64,000 nucleotides of DNA from positions 16,707-80,706 of the forward strand of contig JBAZEU010000002.1 of the NCBI GenBank assembly GCA_041653755.1. Direction: 5' to 3'. Both the position numbers and the translations under genes were made by a program. Source of the DNA: Minisyncoccota bacterium. Its GTDB lineage: Bacteria; Patescibacteriota; Minisyncoccia; UBA6257; UBA9933. This document shows positions 20,464 through 27,998 of the stretch, piece by piece (the first letter of the stretch is position 1; each line of letters begins with the position of its first letter). Under the pieces are notes generated by a model. That model had not been told where the DNA came from and ran no database searches. It saw only the letters and a list, made by a program, of their open reading frames with translations.

Positions 20464-21968
20464 GACTTTTTATTTTTAGATTTCTCTCTTTCAATAACAA
20501 AATCGTAGGTTTTCTTAAACTCATAAACATTCAGGGTTGCCTTTTTATCTGCTTCTTGTCCGATCTGCCGTTCTATCATCCATTGTTCTTCAGGATTTTT
20601 CTTAAGATAGTCTCCTAATTTTTCGCTTTCTGCATGTGTAATTTGGAGATAATATTTTGTGCTGCCTTCAGCGTCTTTATTAAGAATTAAGACTACATCT
20701 TTTGGTTTTAAGAAATTATACCGACCATCACATTCATAAAGGGTATTAAATGATTCATTGCCATGTTTAAGCATGTTAAAATCTGGATCATTTAGGGTTA
20801 TTCCTTTTTCTTCATGAATCGTTCCGATGGTGGGACTTGGAAAAGATTCTGTAAATTTTTTTACACGCTTATAGCCATCCAGAGATTGCTGTCTTTTTTT
20901 AACCTCCAAATATTCATAAGTGCCAGCAATTGGGCCAGTCTTAAAATCAAAATCAACAAATATGTGCGGGAAGTTATGCCATCCATCACCCTTATCGTCT
21001 ATAACCAGCATCTCATCATATCGAATTAACCCGTTACTAAAAAATGTTGCCTGGTGGCGATGGGGCAAATGTTCCCAAAAATCTTCAACCTTATCACGGA
21101 TTTCCTGTTGTTTAGTTCTTTCTTCATGGGAGTCACTATCTCGAAAAACAAGATCGGCGACTCCCGTAAAATCAAACTCTTTCTTTTCTATATCGATATA
21201 AGCAAAATGCTTACGTAAATTTACTATGATTCCAAGAGGATGATATTGAATAAACCTGTATTCGCGCCATCGGGGATGTTCGCCAAAATCTTTATACCCA
21301 TTCTTGTAAGGATATTTCGAATCCTTTGAATCTCGAAGCAAAATTGATTTATAAAAGTCGTTACCCTCGCCGAATGTTCTGTATAACTTATTTTTGCATG
21401 CTACAACCTGCCTTATTTCCGTGGCCCGTGACCGTCTTTTACTAACTAACGAAATTCCAAAAAAGGTAAAAAGAATGCGATCATTTTTTGGGAGATAGAG
21501 CATATCCTCAAGCTCCGCCTTTCCCCAAAGATAAAATTCCATTACGCCTTTGTTCCGCAGCTCTTCTCGAAACGCATCATAAGAATCTTTGGAAAAATTT
21601 GAAGAAGCGGCCAGAATGTATCCGTATGGAGGATTTTTAGAATCAACATCAGAAAGAATTTCTTTTACTCGTTTCGGGCCTATTTCTTTCTCTCTTTTTC
21701 CTTGAATCATCCAAAGATTACCTTCCATAGGGTGTTTTTCTTCTGCCTCGTCACTTACCTCATCGTTTTCAGGCTGGGAATTTTTATAAACTTTTTCATG
21801 GGCGCGGATGTCAAAACCTTCGTCATTTCCGCTCCTGCCAGTTGCTTCGATAGTTTGCCAATCTTTGTAGTCGTAAATAAGCTCTCGAATTAAATCTTCG
21901 AATCGATGAGGGTCTAAATCTTCAAAATGTATTGGCCCGTATGTTCTTGTGACTCTTGATTTCGCCAT
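20460..21968 (-). CDS. Mrr-type restriction-endonuclease (PD-(D/E)xK) N-terminal domain fused to a large unknown C-terminal domain
   Basis: FEDLIRELIY ... TGRSGNDEGFDIRA ... LWMIQGKRE ... GYILAASSNFS matches the Mrr_cat core (D ... QxK); roughly 330 aa C-terminal region unrecognised; start at internal ATG MAKSRV. Confidence 0.65.
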   Translation of the reverse strand: MAKSRVTRTYGPIHFEDLDPHRFEDLIRELIYDYKDWQTIEATGRSGNDEGFDIRAHEKVYKNSQPENDEVSDEAEEKHPMEGNLWMIQGKREKEIGPKRVKEILSDVDSKNPPYGYILAASSNFSKDSYDAFREELRNKGVMEFYLWGKAELEDMLYLPKNDRILFTFFGISLVSKRRSRATEIRQVVACKNKLYRTFGEGNDFYKSILLRDSKDSKYPYKNGYKDFGEHPRWREYRFIQYHPLGIIVNLRKHFAYIDIEKKEFDFTGVADLVFRDSDSHEERTKQQEIRDKVEDFWEHLPHRHQATFFSNGLIRYDEMLVIDDKGDGWHNFPHIFVDFDFKTGPIAGTYEYLEVKKRQQSLDGYKRVKKFTESFPSPTIGTIHEEKGITLNDPDFNMLKHGNESFNTLYECDGRYNFLKPKDVVLILNKDAEGSTKYYLQITHAESEKLGDYLKKNPEEQWMIERQIGQEADKKATLNVYEFKKTYDFVIEREKSKNKKS

Positions 21969-21978
21969 ATTAAACTTG

Positions 21979-22167
21979 CTATTTGTTTTTCTTATTACTT
22001 GTCTTCTCCAAAAAAGCGTGCAAATCTGATTCCTTGATTCTCCAAACCCCAATCTTAGATGCCTTTAACTTTCCAGATTCAATATACCGAGTTACCGATC
22101 GACCACTGACTCTCAGGATTTTTGCTACTTCGGGAATCGTGAGAAGTTTTTCCATTTTGGAATTCAT
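21979..22167 (-). CDS. excisionase/AlpA-type helix-turn-helix DNA-binding protein
   Basis: 62 aa; LLTIPEVAKILRVSGRSVTRYIESGKL ... IGVWRIKESDL is a classic Xis-family HTH. Confidence 0.7.
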   Translation of the reverse strand: MNSKMEKLLTIPEVAKILRVSGRSVTRYIESGKLKASKIGVWRIKESDLHAFLEKTSNKKNK

Positions 22168-22199
22168 AAAATTTATTGACTATTGATACGTCCATTGTA

Positions 22200-22258
22200 G
22201 CTCTACAAATCTTTGTTGTCAAAGTTGGCATTTTTTGTCATAATGGAAATAAATTACA
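22200..22258 (+). promoter_or_regulatory. divergent promoter region (TTGTCA, 17 nt, CATAAT for the plus gene; TTGACT on the facing strand)
   Basis: Hexamers seen in the 97-nt divergent intergenic region. Confidence 0.35.
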
Positions 22259-22264
22259 ATTACT

Positions 22265-22897
22265 ATGAGCCTACCAAAAACAATTTCAGATATCATCAGG
22301 GCTATCCACGCCAAATTAGAGATTGCTCCAGAAAAAGATAGAATTATCGCTATTTCTCTGTGGGATTTCCAAGACCAAAGCGGAGACACCATACCCAAGG
22401 GTGACATGAAAAGTGGACTAAAAAAATTAGCAGAAGATGAAAAACTCTTTCAATTAAAAGACATCCGATGCCTTGATAAATTGGGAAGATTTTCTGGCGA
22501 AGAAATAAAGATCGAAATAGATCGTGAGCGATTTGTAAAATTCTACAAAAAACACCTCCAAGAACAAAAAGCTCCGATCGGTAATATTGAATTCTTAGAC
22601 GATGAGGCATTGTTAAAACTGGGGGATAAAAAATGTCCCTTACCGCCATATAAAAACGAGCACTTTTTCTGCCAAGCCGCTTTCGAGCATCCAATCAATG
22701 AGCCGATTGACTGGTCGATTATTTACGAAAAAATGACGGGCTATTATGAGAAACACTTTGGCAAAACAAAGGATACGAGAGAAAACTGGCATCAGGTATA
22801 CGACACGATGGAAGCAATCAATAAACGAGCGGAAGAATTATTGAATATAGAAAAGTTATTTGTTTGGCGGGAAAAATCGATAAAAAGAACCCGATAA
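22265..22897 (+). CDS. hypothetical protein
   Basis: 210 aa ORF; 9-bp inverted-repeat hairpin and a terminator downstream. Confidence 0.5.
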   Translation: MSLPKTISDIIRAIHAKLEIAPEKDRIIAISLWDFQDQSGDTIPKGDMKSGLKKLAEDEKLFQLKDIRCLDKLGRFSGEEIKIEIDRERFVKFYKKHLQEQKAPIGNIEFLDDEALLKLGDKKCPLPPYKNEHFFCQAAFEHPINEPIDWSIIYEKMTGYYEKHFGKTKDTRENWHQVYDTMEAINKRAEELLNIEKLFVWREKSIKRTR

Positions 22898-22956
22898 GCC
22901 AACAAAATCAATTGAGTCAACAAATTCTCAGTTGACTCACCCAGTGATTTTATAAA

Positions 22957-22989
22957 GTCAAAGCAGGATACGCTTTGGCTTTTTTAATT
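22957..22989 (+). terminator. rho-independent terminator
   Basis: caaagc/gctttg stem followed by gctttttt. Confidence 0.45.
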
Positions 22990-23011
22990 CGCCAGAGCTC
23001 CCACAAATTAT

Positions 23012-23296
23012 ATGTCCAAAAAATTATCCAAAAATGGGGAGCAAGAATACACGCCCGAAGACTACACAAAATATTTATCCACGTTTGATCTGGGAGCAGC
23101 CGCCTCACTGGTGTCGGCTGGTTTTGAGCTTGTCTCGCTGGATAAAACCAACCCCAGAAAAGTGCAGTTCATCTTTCGCCGAGTCATCGGCATTGAAAAG
23201 GTCGTTGATGATTACTGGTCAGATAAGCTCGAAGTTAAGGCACGATCATTCTTTGACAATGTGAAGATGCTAAAAAACCGAATCTATTCGGAATAG
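23012..23296 (+). CDS. DUF5659-like small protein (common in phage/plasmid/CPR mobile-element contexts)
   Basis: 94 aa; DLGAAASLVSAGFELVSL ... KVQFIF resembles the DUF5659 pattern. Confidence 0.45.
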   Translation: MSKKLSKNGEQEYTPEDYTKYLSTFDLGAAASLVSAGFELVSLDKTNPRKVQFIFRRVIGIEKVVDDYWSDKLEVKARSFFDNVKMLKNRIYSE

Positions 23297-23300
23297 GCCT

Positions 23301-23498
23301 ATGCTGTCGGACGAGCAAATTAAAAAATACCAGATGCTTCATAAGAATCGCTATGGCACAGAGATCAGCAGAGAAGAAGCATACACGAGAGGCGCACAGC
23401 TCCTCCGACTCATTGAACTTATTTACAAACCGATGACCGAAGAAGAATTCCAAAAACTTCAGGAGCGACGCAAGGAAACTGGCGACCTAAAAACCTAA
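23301..23498 (+). CDS. hypothetical small protein
   Basis: 65 aa, charged, helical. Confidence 0.4.
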   Translation: MLSDEQIKKYQMLHKNRYGTEISREEAYTRGAQLLRLIELIYKPMTEEEFQKLQERRKETGDLKT

Positions 23499-23509
23499 GT
23501 AAAAACATT

Positions 23510-25687
23510 ATGCAAGAATTACAAACAATTACCATTAAAGAATATTTATCCCGCAAAGGCGTTGCTTTTCGGGAGAGTGGCAATGAGCTCGTCGTTAAGT
23601 GCCTTTTTAATAACTGCGATAAAGATAGCCAATCAAACGAAGCTCACCTGTATTTTGATATTGCCACTGGCCAATACGAATGCAAGAAATGCGGCGAGAA
23701 AGGTAACCTCATAACGCTCGCAAAATATCTGGGGGATGATATAAGCGAGATCGCAATAAATCAGCGAGATTCAGCGATTAAGCCACGTCTCGCAAAATTT
23801 GGAGCTGTGTCGGCAGATGCCTGCCACTTGGCACTTACTCCCGATATCAGAAAGTATTTGAACGCCAGGGGCATTTCTGACCCCGTTGTGGACGCTTTCA
23901 AACTGGGCTGGGGAAAGTTCTACGGAAAATACTGGATTACCATACCCATAAAGAACATCTATGGGTCTTTTCAGTTTTTGAAATTACGCCAAGACCCGAA
24001 CGCTGGGAACGACAAAATGACTTATCCAAAAGGAATCGAGGCTCAGATTTACGGCTGGGAGATGCTGACGGAAAATCATGATCGGATAATAATCTGCGAA
24101 GGCGAGCTGGACAGGCTGGCTTTGCTCTCAAAAAATATTCCTGCCGTCACCTCAACGCATGGCGCACTGACCTTCAAAAAAGAATGGATAGAGAAAATCG
24201 GAAAAGGCAAAAAAATTTATATCTGCTACGACAACGACGAGGCTGGCAGAAAAGGATCGGAGCGGGTGGCAAAGTTGCTGGAAAATTCTGGCAATGAAAT
24301 CTTTATCGTTACGCTTCCAAACGAAGTCGGCGAAGGCGGAGACATTACTGACTACCTGGTAAAACTCAACGGCGATCCCGAAGATTTATTCAACAGATAC
24401 GCCAAACCCTATCCAGAGAAAATCGATGCCTCACAATTCAAACCATTAACCGCAAAAGAAATCGTTGAAACACTGGGATTGACTATAAAAAAAGATGAGG
24501 AAAATAAGCTGATAACATTTCTATGCGAGCTCTCGGCCTACACAGAAAACTCCCAGCTCAACATTTCTTTTAACGCCCCGTCATCAACAGGCAAGTCATA
24601 CATCCCAACTGAGATTGCCAGACTCTTTCCAGAAGACGATGTTATTGAAGTCGGTTACTGCAGCCCCACAGCATTTTTTCATGACGTGGGAGAATATGAC
24701 AAAGAAAGAAATGGCTACTTGGTAGACTTGAGTCGCAGGATTTTAATCTTTTTGGATCAGCCACACACCCTACTCCTTCAACACTTGAGGCCGCTACTTT
24801 CTCACGATAAAAAAGAAATTAGATTAAAAATCACTGATAAGTCTCAAAGAGCAGGCCTGAAAACCAAAAACATATTTCTCAGAGGATTCCCTGCGGTGAT
24901 TTTCTGCACGGCAGGACTGACGGCCGATGAACAGGAAGCAACTCGATTTATGCTCCTCTCTCCAGAAACCAATCAGGAAAAAATCAGGCAGGCAATCTAC
25001 GAAAAAATAAAGAAAGAAACCGATAGTCAGAAATACGAAAACCTACTGGAAGGGAACAAAGAAAGAAAATCCCTTAAAGAAAGAATACGAGCCATCAAAC
25101 TGGAAAACGTCAAGGGAATAAAAATAGGTTCACCAGAAGAATTAGAGAAGACGTTTTTCAGACAGAATAAAATGCTTAAACCAAGACACCAGCGAGACAT
25201 CGGCCGCATCATTTCTCTTGTCAAAGCATTTGCGCTATTGAATTTATGGTTTAGGGAAAGAGACGGGTCAATCATTGTTGCGAACGAAGATGATATCAAA
25301 GAAGCGTTCAACGTCTGGGATACGATTTCCGAGAGCCAAGAGCTCAATCTTCCGCCATATGTTTACAAGCTTTTTCAGGAAATAATAATCCCAGCATGGA
25401 ATGAAAAAAATCAAAGCCGAGACGAGTTTGAAAAAATCACGGGCCAGCTGGGATTAACCAGGCGAGAGATTCAGCGAAAACATGTTCAGGTTTATGGGAG
25501 AACGCTGGCCGACTGGTTTCTGCGCCAGCAAATTATTCCATTGCTTGAAAGCGCAGGATTGATCTGCCAAGAACCTGATCCGAATGATAAACGGAAAATG
25601 TTAATTTACCCCACCGCTCCACTCGGTAATTCAATAAGCCAAAACAATAGTGAGCCCAATGGTGGGGTAGAAAAATTAAGCCTATGA
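23510..25687 (+). CDS. primase-helicase: CHC2 zinc finger + DnaG-type TOPRIM + P-loop NTPase
   Basis: C-x5-C ... H ... C-x2-C zinc finger (KCLFNNCDKD ... HLYFD ... ECKKCGEKG); TOPRIM IIICEGELD and YICYDNDEAGRKG; Walker A FNAPSSTGKS and Walker B-like ILIFLDQPH. Confidence 0.8.
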   Translation: MQELQTITIKEYLSRKGVAFRESGNELVVKCLFNNCDKDSQSNEAHLYFDIATGQYECKKCGEKGNLITLAKYLGDDISEIAINQRDSAIKPRLAKFGAVSADACHLALTPDIRKYLNARGISDPVVDAFKLGWGKFYGKYWITIPIKNIYGSFQFLKLRQDPNAGNDKMTYPKGIEAQIYGWEMLTENHDRIIICEGELDRLALLSKNIPAVTSTHGALTFKKEWIEKIGKGKKIYICYDNDEAGRKGSERVAKLLENSGNEIFIVTLPNEVGEGGDITDYLVKLNGDPEDLFNRYAKPYPEKIDASQFKPLTAKEIVETLGLTIKKDEENKLITFLCELSAYTENSQLNISFNAPSSTGKSYIPTEIARLFPEDDVIEVGYCSPTAFFHDVGEYDKERNGYLVDLSRRILIFLDQPHTLLLQHLRPLLSHDKKEIRLKITDKSQRAGLKTKNIFLRGFPAVIFCTAGLTADEQEATRFMLLSPETNQEKIRQAIYEKIKKETDSQKYENLLEGNKERKSLKERIRAIKLENVKGIKIGSPEELEKTFFRQNKMLKPRHQRDIGRIISLVKAFALLNLWFRERDGSIIVANEDDIKEAFNVWDTISESQELNLPPYVYKLFQEIIIPAWNEKNQSRDEFEKITGQLGLTRREIQRKHVQVYGRTLADWFLRQQIIPLLESAGLICQEPDPNDKRKMLIYPTAPLGNSISQNNSEPNGGVEKLSL

Positions 25688-26376
25688 CGAGAGAAATAAT
25701 ACCAATTAAAAATAATAGCTTGAACCTCGACAACCCAGAGGATAGATTAATTTTTTACAAAGAAACCCTAAGCAAGATTACGAGCGTATTTTTTGACCCG
25801 CAAAAAATGGACGAAATCTATAAAGGGTTTGAAGAAATAGCAGAGCTTAGACGCAAGGCAAAAACAGAAAAAGAAGAAAAAGCACTAAACCAGAGATCGC
25901 TTAAACTAAGCCAGCAGGCCGCTCACATAAAATTGTATCCCTGGGAGAACCTGCTCCCGCTTGCCCTTAGCGGCAAAGAAGATATAACACCCGTCTCAGA
26001 AATGCGCAGCTCGCTCATTGACGAATACTGCCCGAAGACTCCAACCGAATTGGCCTTGATAGAAACCATCGCCATTGCCCATTATAACTTCATAAGAAAT
26101 ACGGGGGTTTTGAATACGCACCTGATGACCAAAGACGAAACTTCGAGAACGCTCCATTTTGACTCACTACAGATGAAAGCAGCAAAAGAAGCTGCAAAAG
26201 CCGTTGATCTTGCTTACAGGCAATTCACCAATTCAATTATGCTCCTGAAAGAACTGAGACAACCGAAATTAAATATCCATGTCAAAACCGAGAACGCTTA
26301 TCTTGCCAAAAATCAGCAGGTAATCAATGTCAAAAAATCAAACAGAAAAAAGGAGAAAATCATTAATGCCAAATGA
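25684..26376 (+). CDS. hypothetical protein
   Basis: 230 aa ORF translationally coupled to the primase. Confidence 0.5.
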   Translation: MTREIIPIKNNSLNLDNPEDRLIFYKETLSKITSVFFDPQKMDEIYKGFEEIAELRRKAKTEKEEKALNQRSLKLSQQAAHIKLYPWENLLPLALSGKEDITPVSEMRSSLIDEYCPKTPTELALIETIAIAHYNFIRNTGVLNTHLMTKDETSRTLHFDSLQMKAAKEAAKAVDLAYRQFTNSIMLLKELRQPKLNIHVKTENAYLAKNQQVINVKKSNRKKEKIINAK

Positions 26377-26707
26377 TTTCGGAAAAAAATATATGAGAAC
26401 CCTCATCGAACAATGCCAAAAAATCAATATCGACAGCCTGCTAAAAGACATAAAGGCCGAGATCAAGGAGTTGCGCCTGAAGATAAAGCTGAAGGAATTC
26501 GGACAGAAGATTGAAATAACTTCAACGCCTTGCTACTTCGGCGAAGAAAGATATTGGTTTATCTGCCCGAAATGCAGGAAACGAGCAGGAACTCTGTATA
26601 AGCCACCGACTCAAGACATCTTCCTTTGCCGAAAATGCCACGACTTAAAATACATGAGTTCCAGTCATCATCGAATGTTCGAAGAAAAATTAACCAAAGG
26701 CTTATAG
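26366..26707 (+). CDS. zinc-ribbon protein (C-x2-C ... C-x2-C)
   Basis: ATG after AAAAGGAG; CPKCRKR ... CRKCHD. Confidence 0.5.
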   Translation: MPNDFGKKYMRTLIEQCQKINIDSLLKDIKAEIKELRLKIKLKEFGQKIEITSTPCYFGEERYWFICPKCRKRAGTLYKPPTQDIFLCRKCHDLKYMSSSHHRMFEEKLTKGL

Positions 26708-26712
26708 CACAT

Positions 26713-26741
26713 TGAGAAATCAGACAAAATGAGGTAAAATA
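26713..26741 (+). promoter_or_regulatory. sigma70-type promoter
   Basis: TTGAGA, 17-nt spacer, TAAAAT. Confidence 0.5.
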
Positions 26742-26747
26742 TAATTG

Positions 26748-26896
26748 CGTCCTACAAGTTTGAATATCTGCACAGGGTGATTGCTTCTTTTGAAGCCCAA
26801 TTGCGGGCTGAAAGGGGCGACTATCCTCCACAATTGGTTGCCTTGTGCAATTCAATCTTGTGGGACGCAGGCTCTGGTCGTCCCTTTTTGTTTTAT
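26748..26896 (+). ncRNA. candidate small RNA or cis-regulatory leader (about 145 nt) with its own promoter and intrinsic terminator
   Basis: Promoter at 26713-26741; internal hairpins such as gcccaattgcgggc; terminator gggacg ... cgtccc plus tttttgttttattt at 26862-26896; no plausible ORF. Confidence 0.4.
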
Positions 26897-26961
26897 TTGA
26901 CTTCCTTAAACCTTTGGCCCATGTATGTGTGTAGAGCAATACAATTAAAAGTTTACATAAT

Positions 26962-27996
26962 ATGACAAGACCATTAAACACAAAAATATTAATATTAAGC
27001 ATTAGCGGAATAGTCCTGCTGACTTTGACGGCAATCGGGCTATTCGCATACTTCTCACTCTTTGGCGCACCGCAAACAAAAGCTGAGCCAGAAAGATTCA
27101 TCGTCTCAATGAATCAATCAAAACAAGACCTAATCGCAAAACTCCACGAGCAAGGATTTATCAAAAGCGAGTGGGGTTTTAATTATGCGCTTGAAGGAAA
27201 CGACATCCAGCCAGGCGGATACAAAATCTCAAAAAGCATGACGGCCTGGGAGATGGCGAAAGCACTTAAAGAACCTTACATGAAATGGGTCGTAATTCCC
27301 GAAGGATTAAGAAAAGAACAGATCGGAGAACTTATCGGTGATGCGCTTAGTTGGAACGAACAGCAAAAGAAAGACTGGGCCGTGAAGTATACAGCAATGG
27401 CTTACGACCAGCTGGAAGGCATTTACTTTCCTGACACATATCTCCTTCCGAAGGACGAAACAGTGCTCCAGATTTCTGATCGGCTGAGAGCTAAATTCAA
27501 TGAAAAATTTAAGCCTTATGCCAACAAATTTGTGACAGCTAATATCCAATGGACAACGGCATTAAAGCTTGCCTCAATCGTCCAAAGAGAAGCAGCTGGC
27601 AAGAGCGATATGCCACTCGTGGCAGGAATTCTCTGGAACAGATTATTAAAAGGAATGAAGCTCGAAGCTGACGACACAATCCAATACATCCGAGACGACG
27701 TGATCCATTACGGCGAAGCCAGATTTGATGCACAGCCAAAAAATTATACCAGCAAGGGAGATTGGTGGAAGCCAATAAAATTGGCCGATAAACAGATCGA
27801 GTCGCCTTATAACACATACAGAAATAAAGGACTTCCACCTCATCCAATCTGCAACCCAGGCCTGGATGCAATCGATGCGGTGTTAAACTCGGCCGACACT
27901 GAATGTCTTTATTATCTGCACGATTCAAGTGGACAAATTCACTGCGCCAAAACCTACGAGGAACACAAGGCCAACATTGAAAAATATTTGAAATAA
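26962..27996 (+). CDS. mltG: MltG/YceG-family endolytic transglycosylase (island copy)
   Basis: N-terminal TM, YceG-like domain; C-terminal YNTYRNKGLPPHPICNPG shared with the paralog at 40100. Confidence 0.75.
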   Translation: MTRPLNTKILILSISGIVLLTLTAIGLFAYFSLFGAPQTKAEPERFIVSMNQSKQDLIAKLHEQGFIKSEWGFNYALEGNDIQPGGYKISKSMTAWEMAKALKEPYMKWVVIPEGLRKEQIGELIGDALSWNEQQKKDWAVKYTAMAYDQLEGIYFPDTYLLPKDETVLQISDRLRAKFNEKFKPYANKFVTANIQWTTALKLASIVQREAAGKSDMPLVAGILWNRLLKGMKLEADDTIQYIRDDVIHYGEARFDAQPKNYTSKGDWWKPIKLADKQIESPYNTYRNKGLPPHPICNPGLDAIDAVLNSADTECLYYLHDSSGQIHCAKTYEEHKANIEKYLK

Positions 27997-27998
27997 CT

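Noticed and set aside
26748-26896. Assignment of the small RNA to TPP riboswitch, SRP RNA, 6S RNA or tmRNA
   Set aside because: Only partial resemblance to TPP boxes (GGGTG, GCTGAAAGG) with no ACCC / CCTGATC elements. SRP helix-8 motif GGAA-AGCAG is absent. The length does not fit 6S or tmRNA.
26777-26965. 62-aa ORF inside the candidate small RNA
   Set aside because: It spans the intrinsic terminator and its T-tract; the composition is not protein-like.
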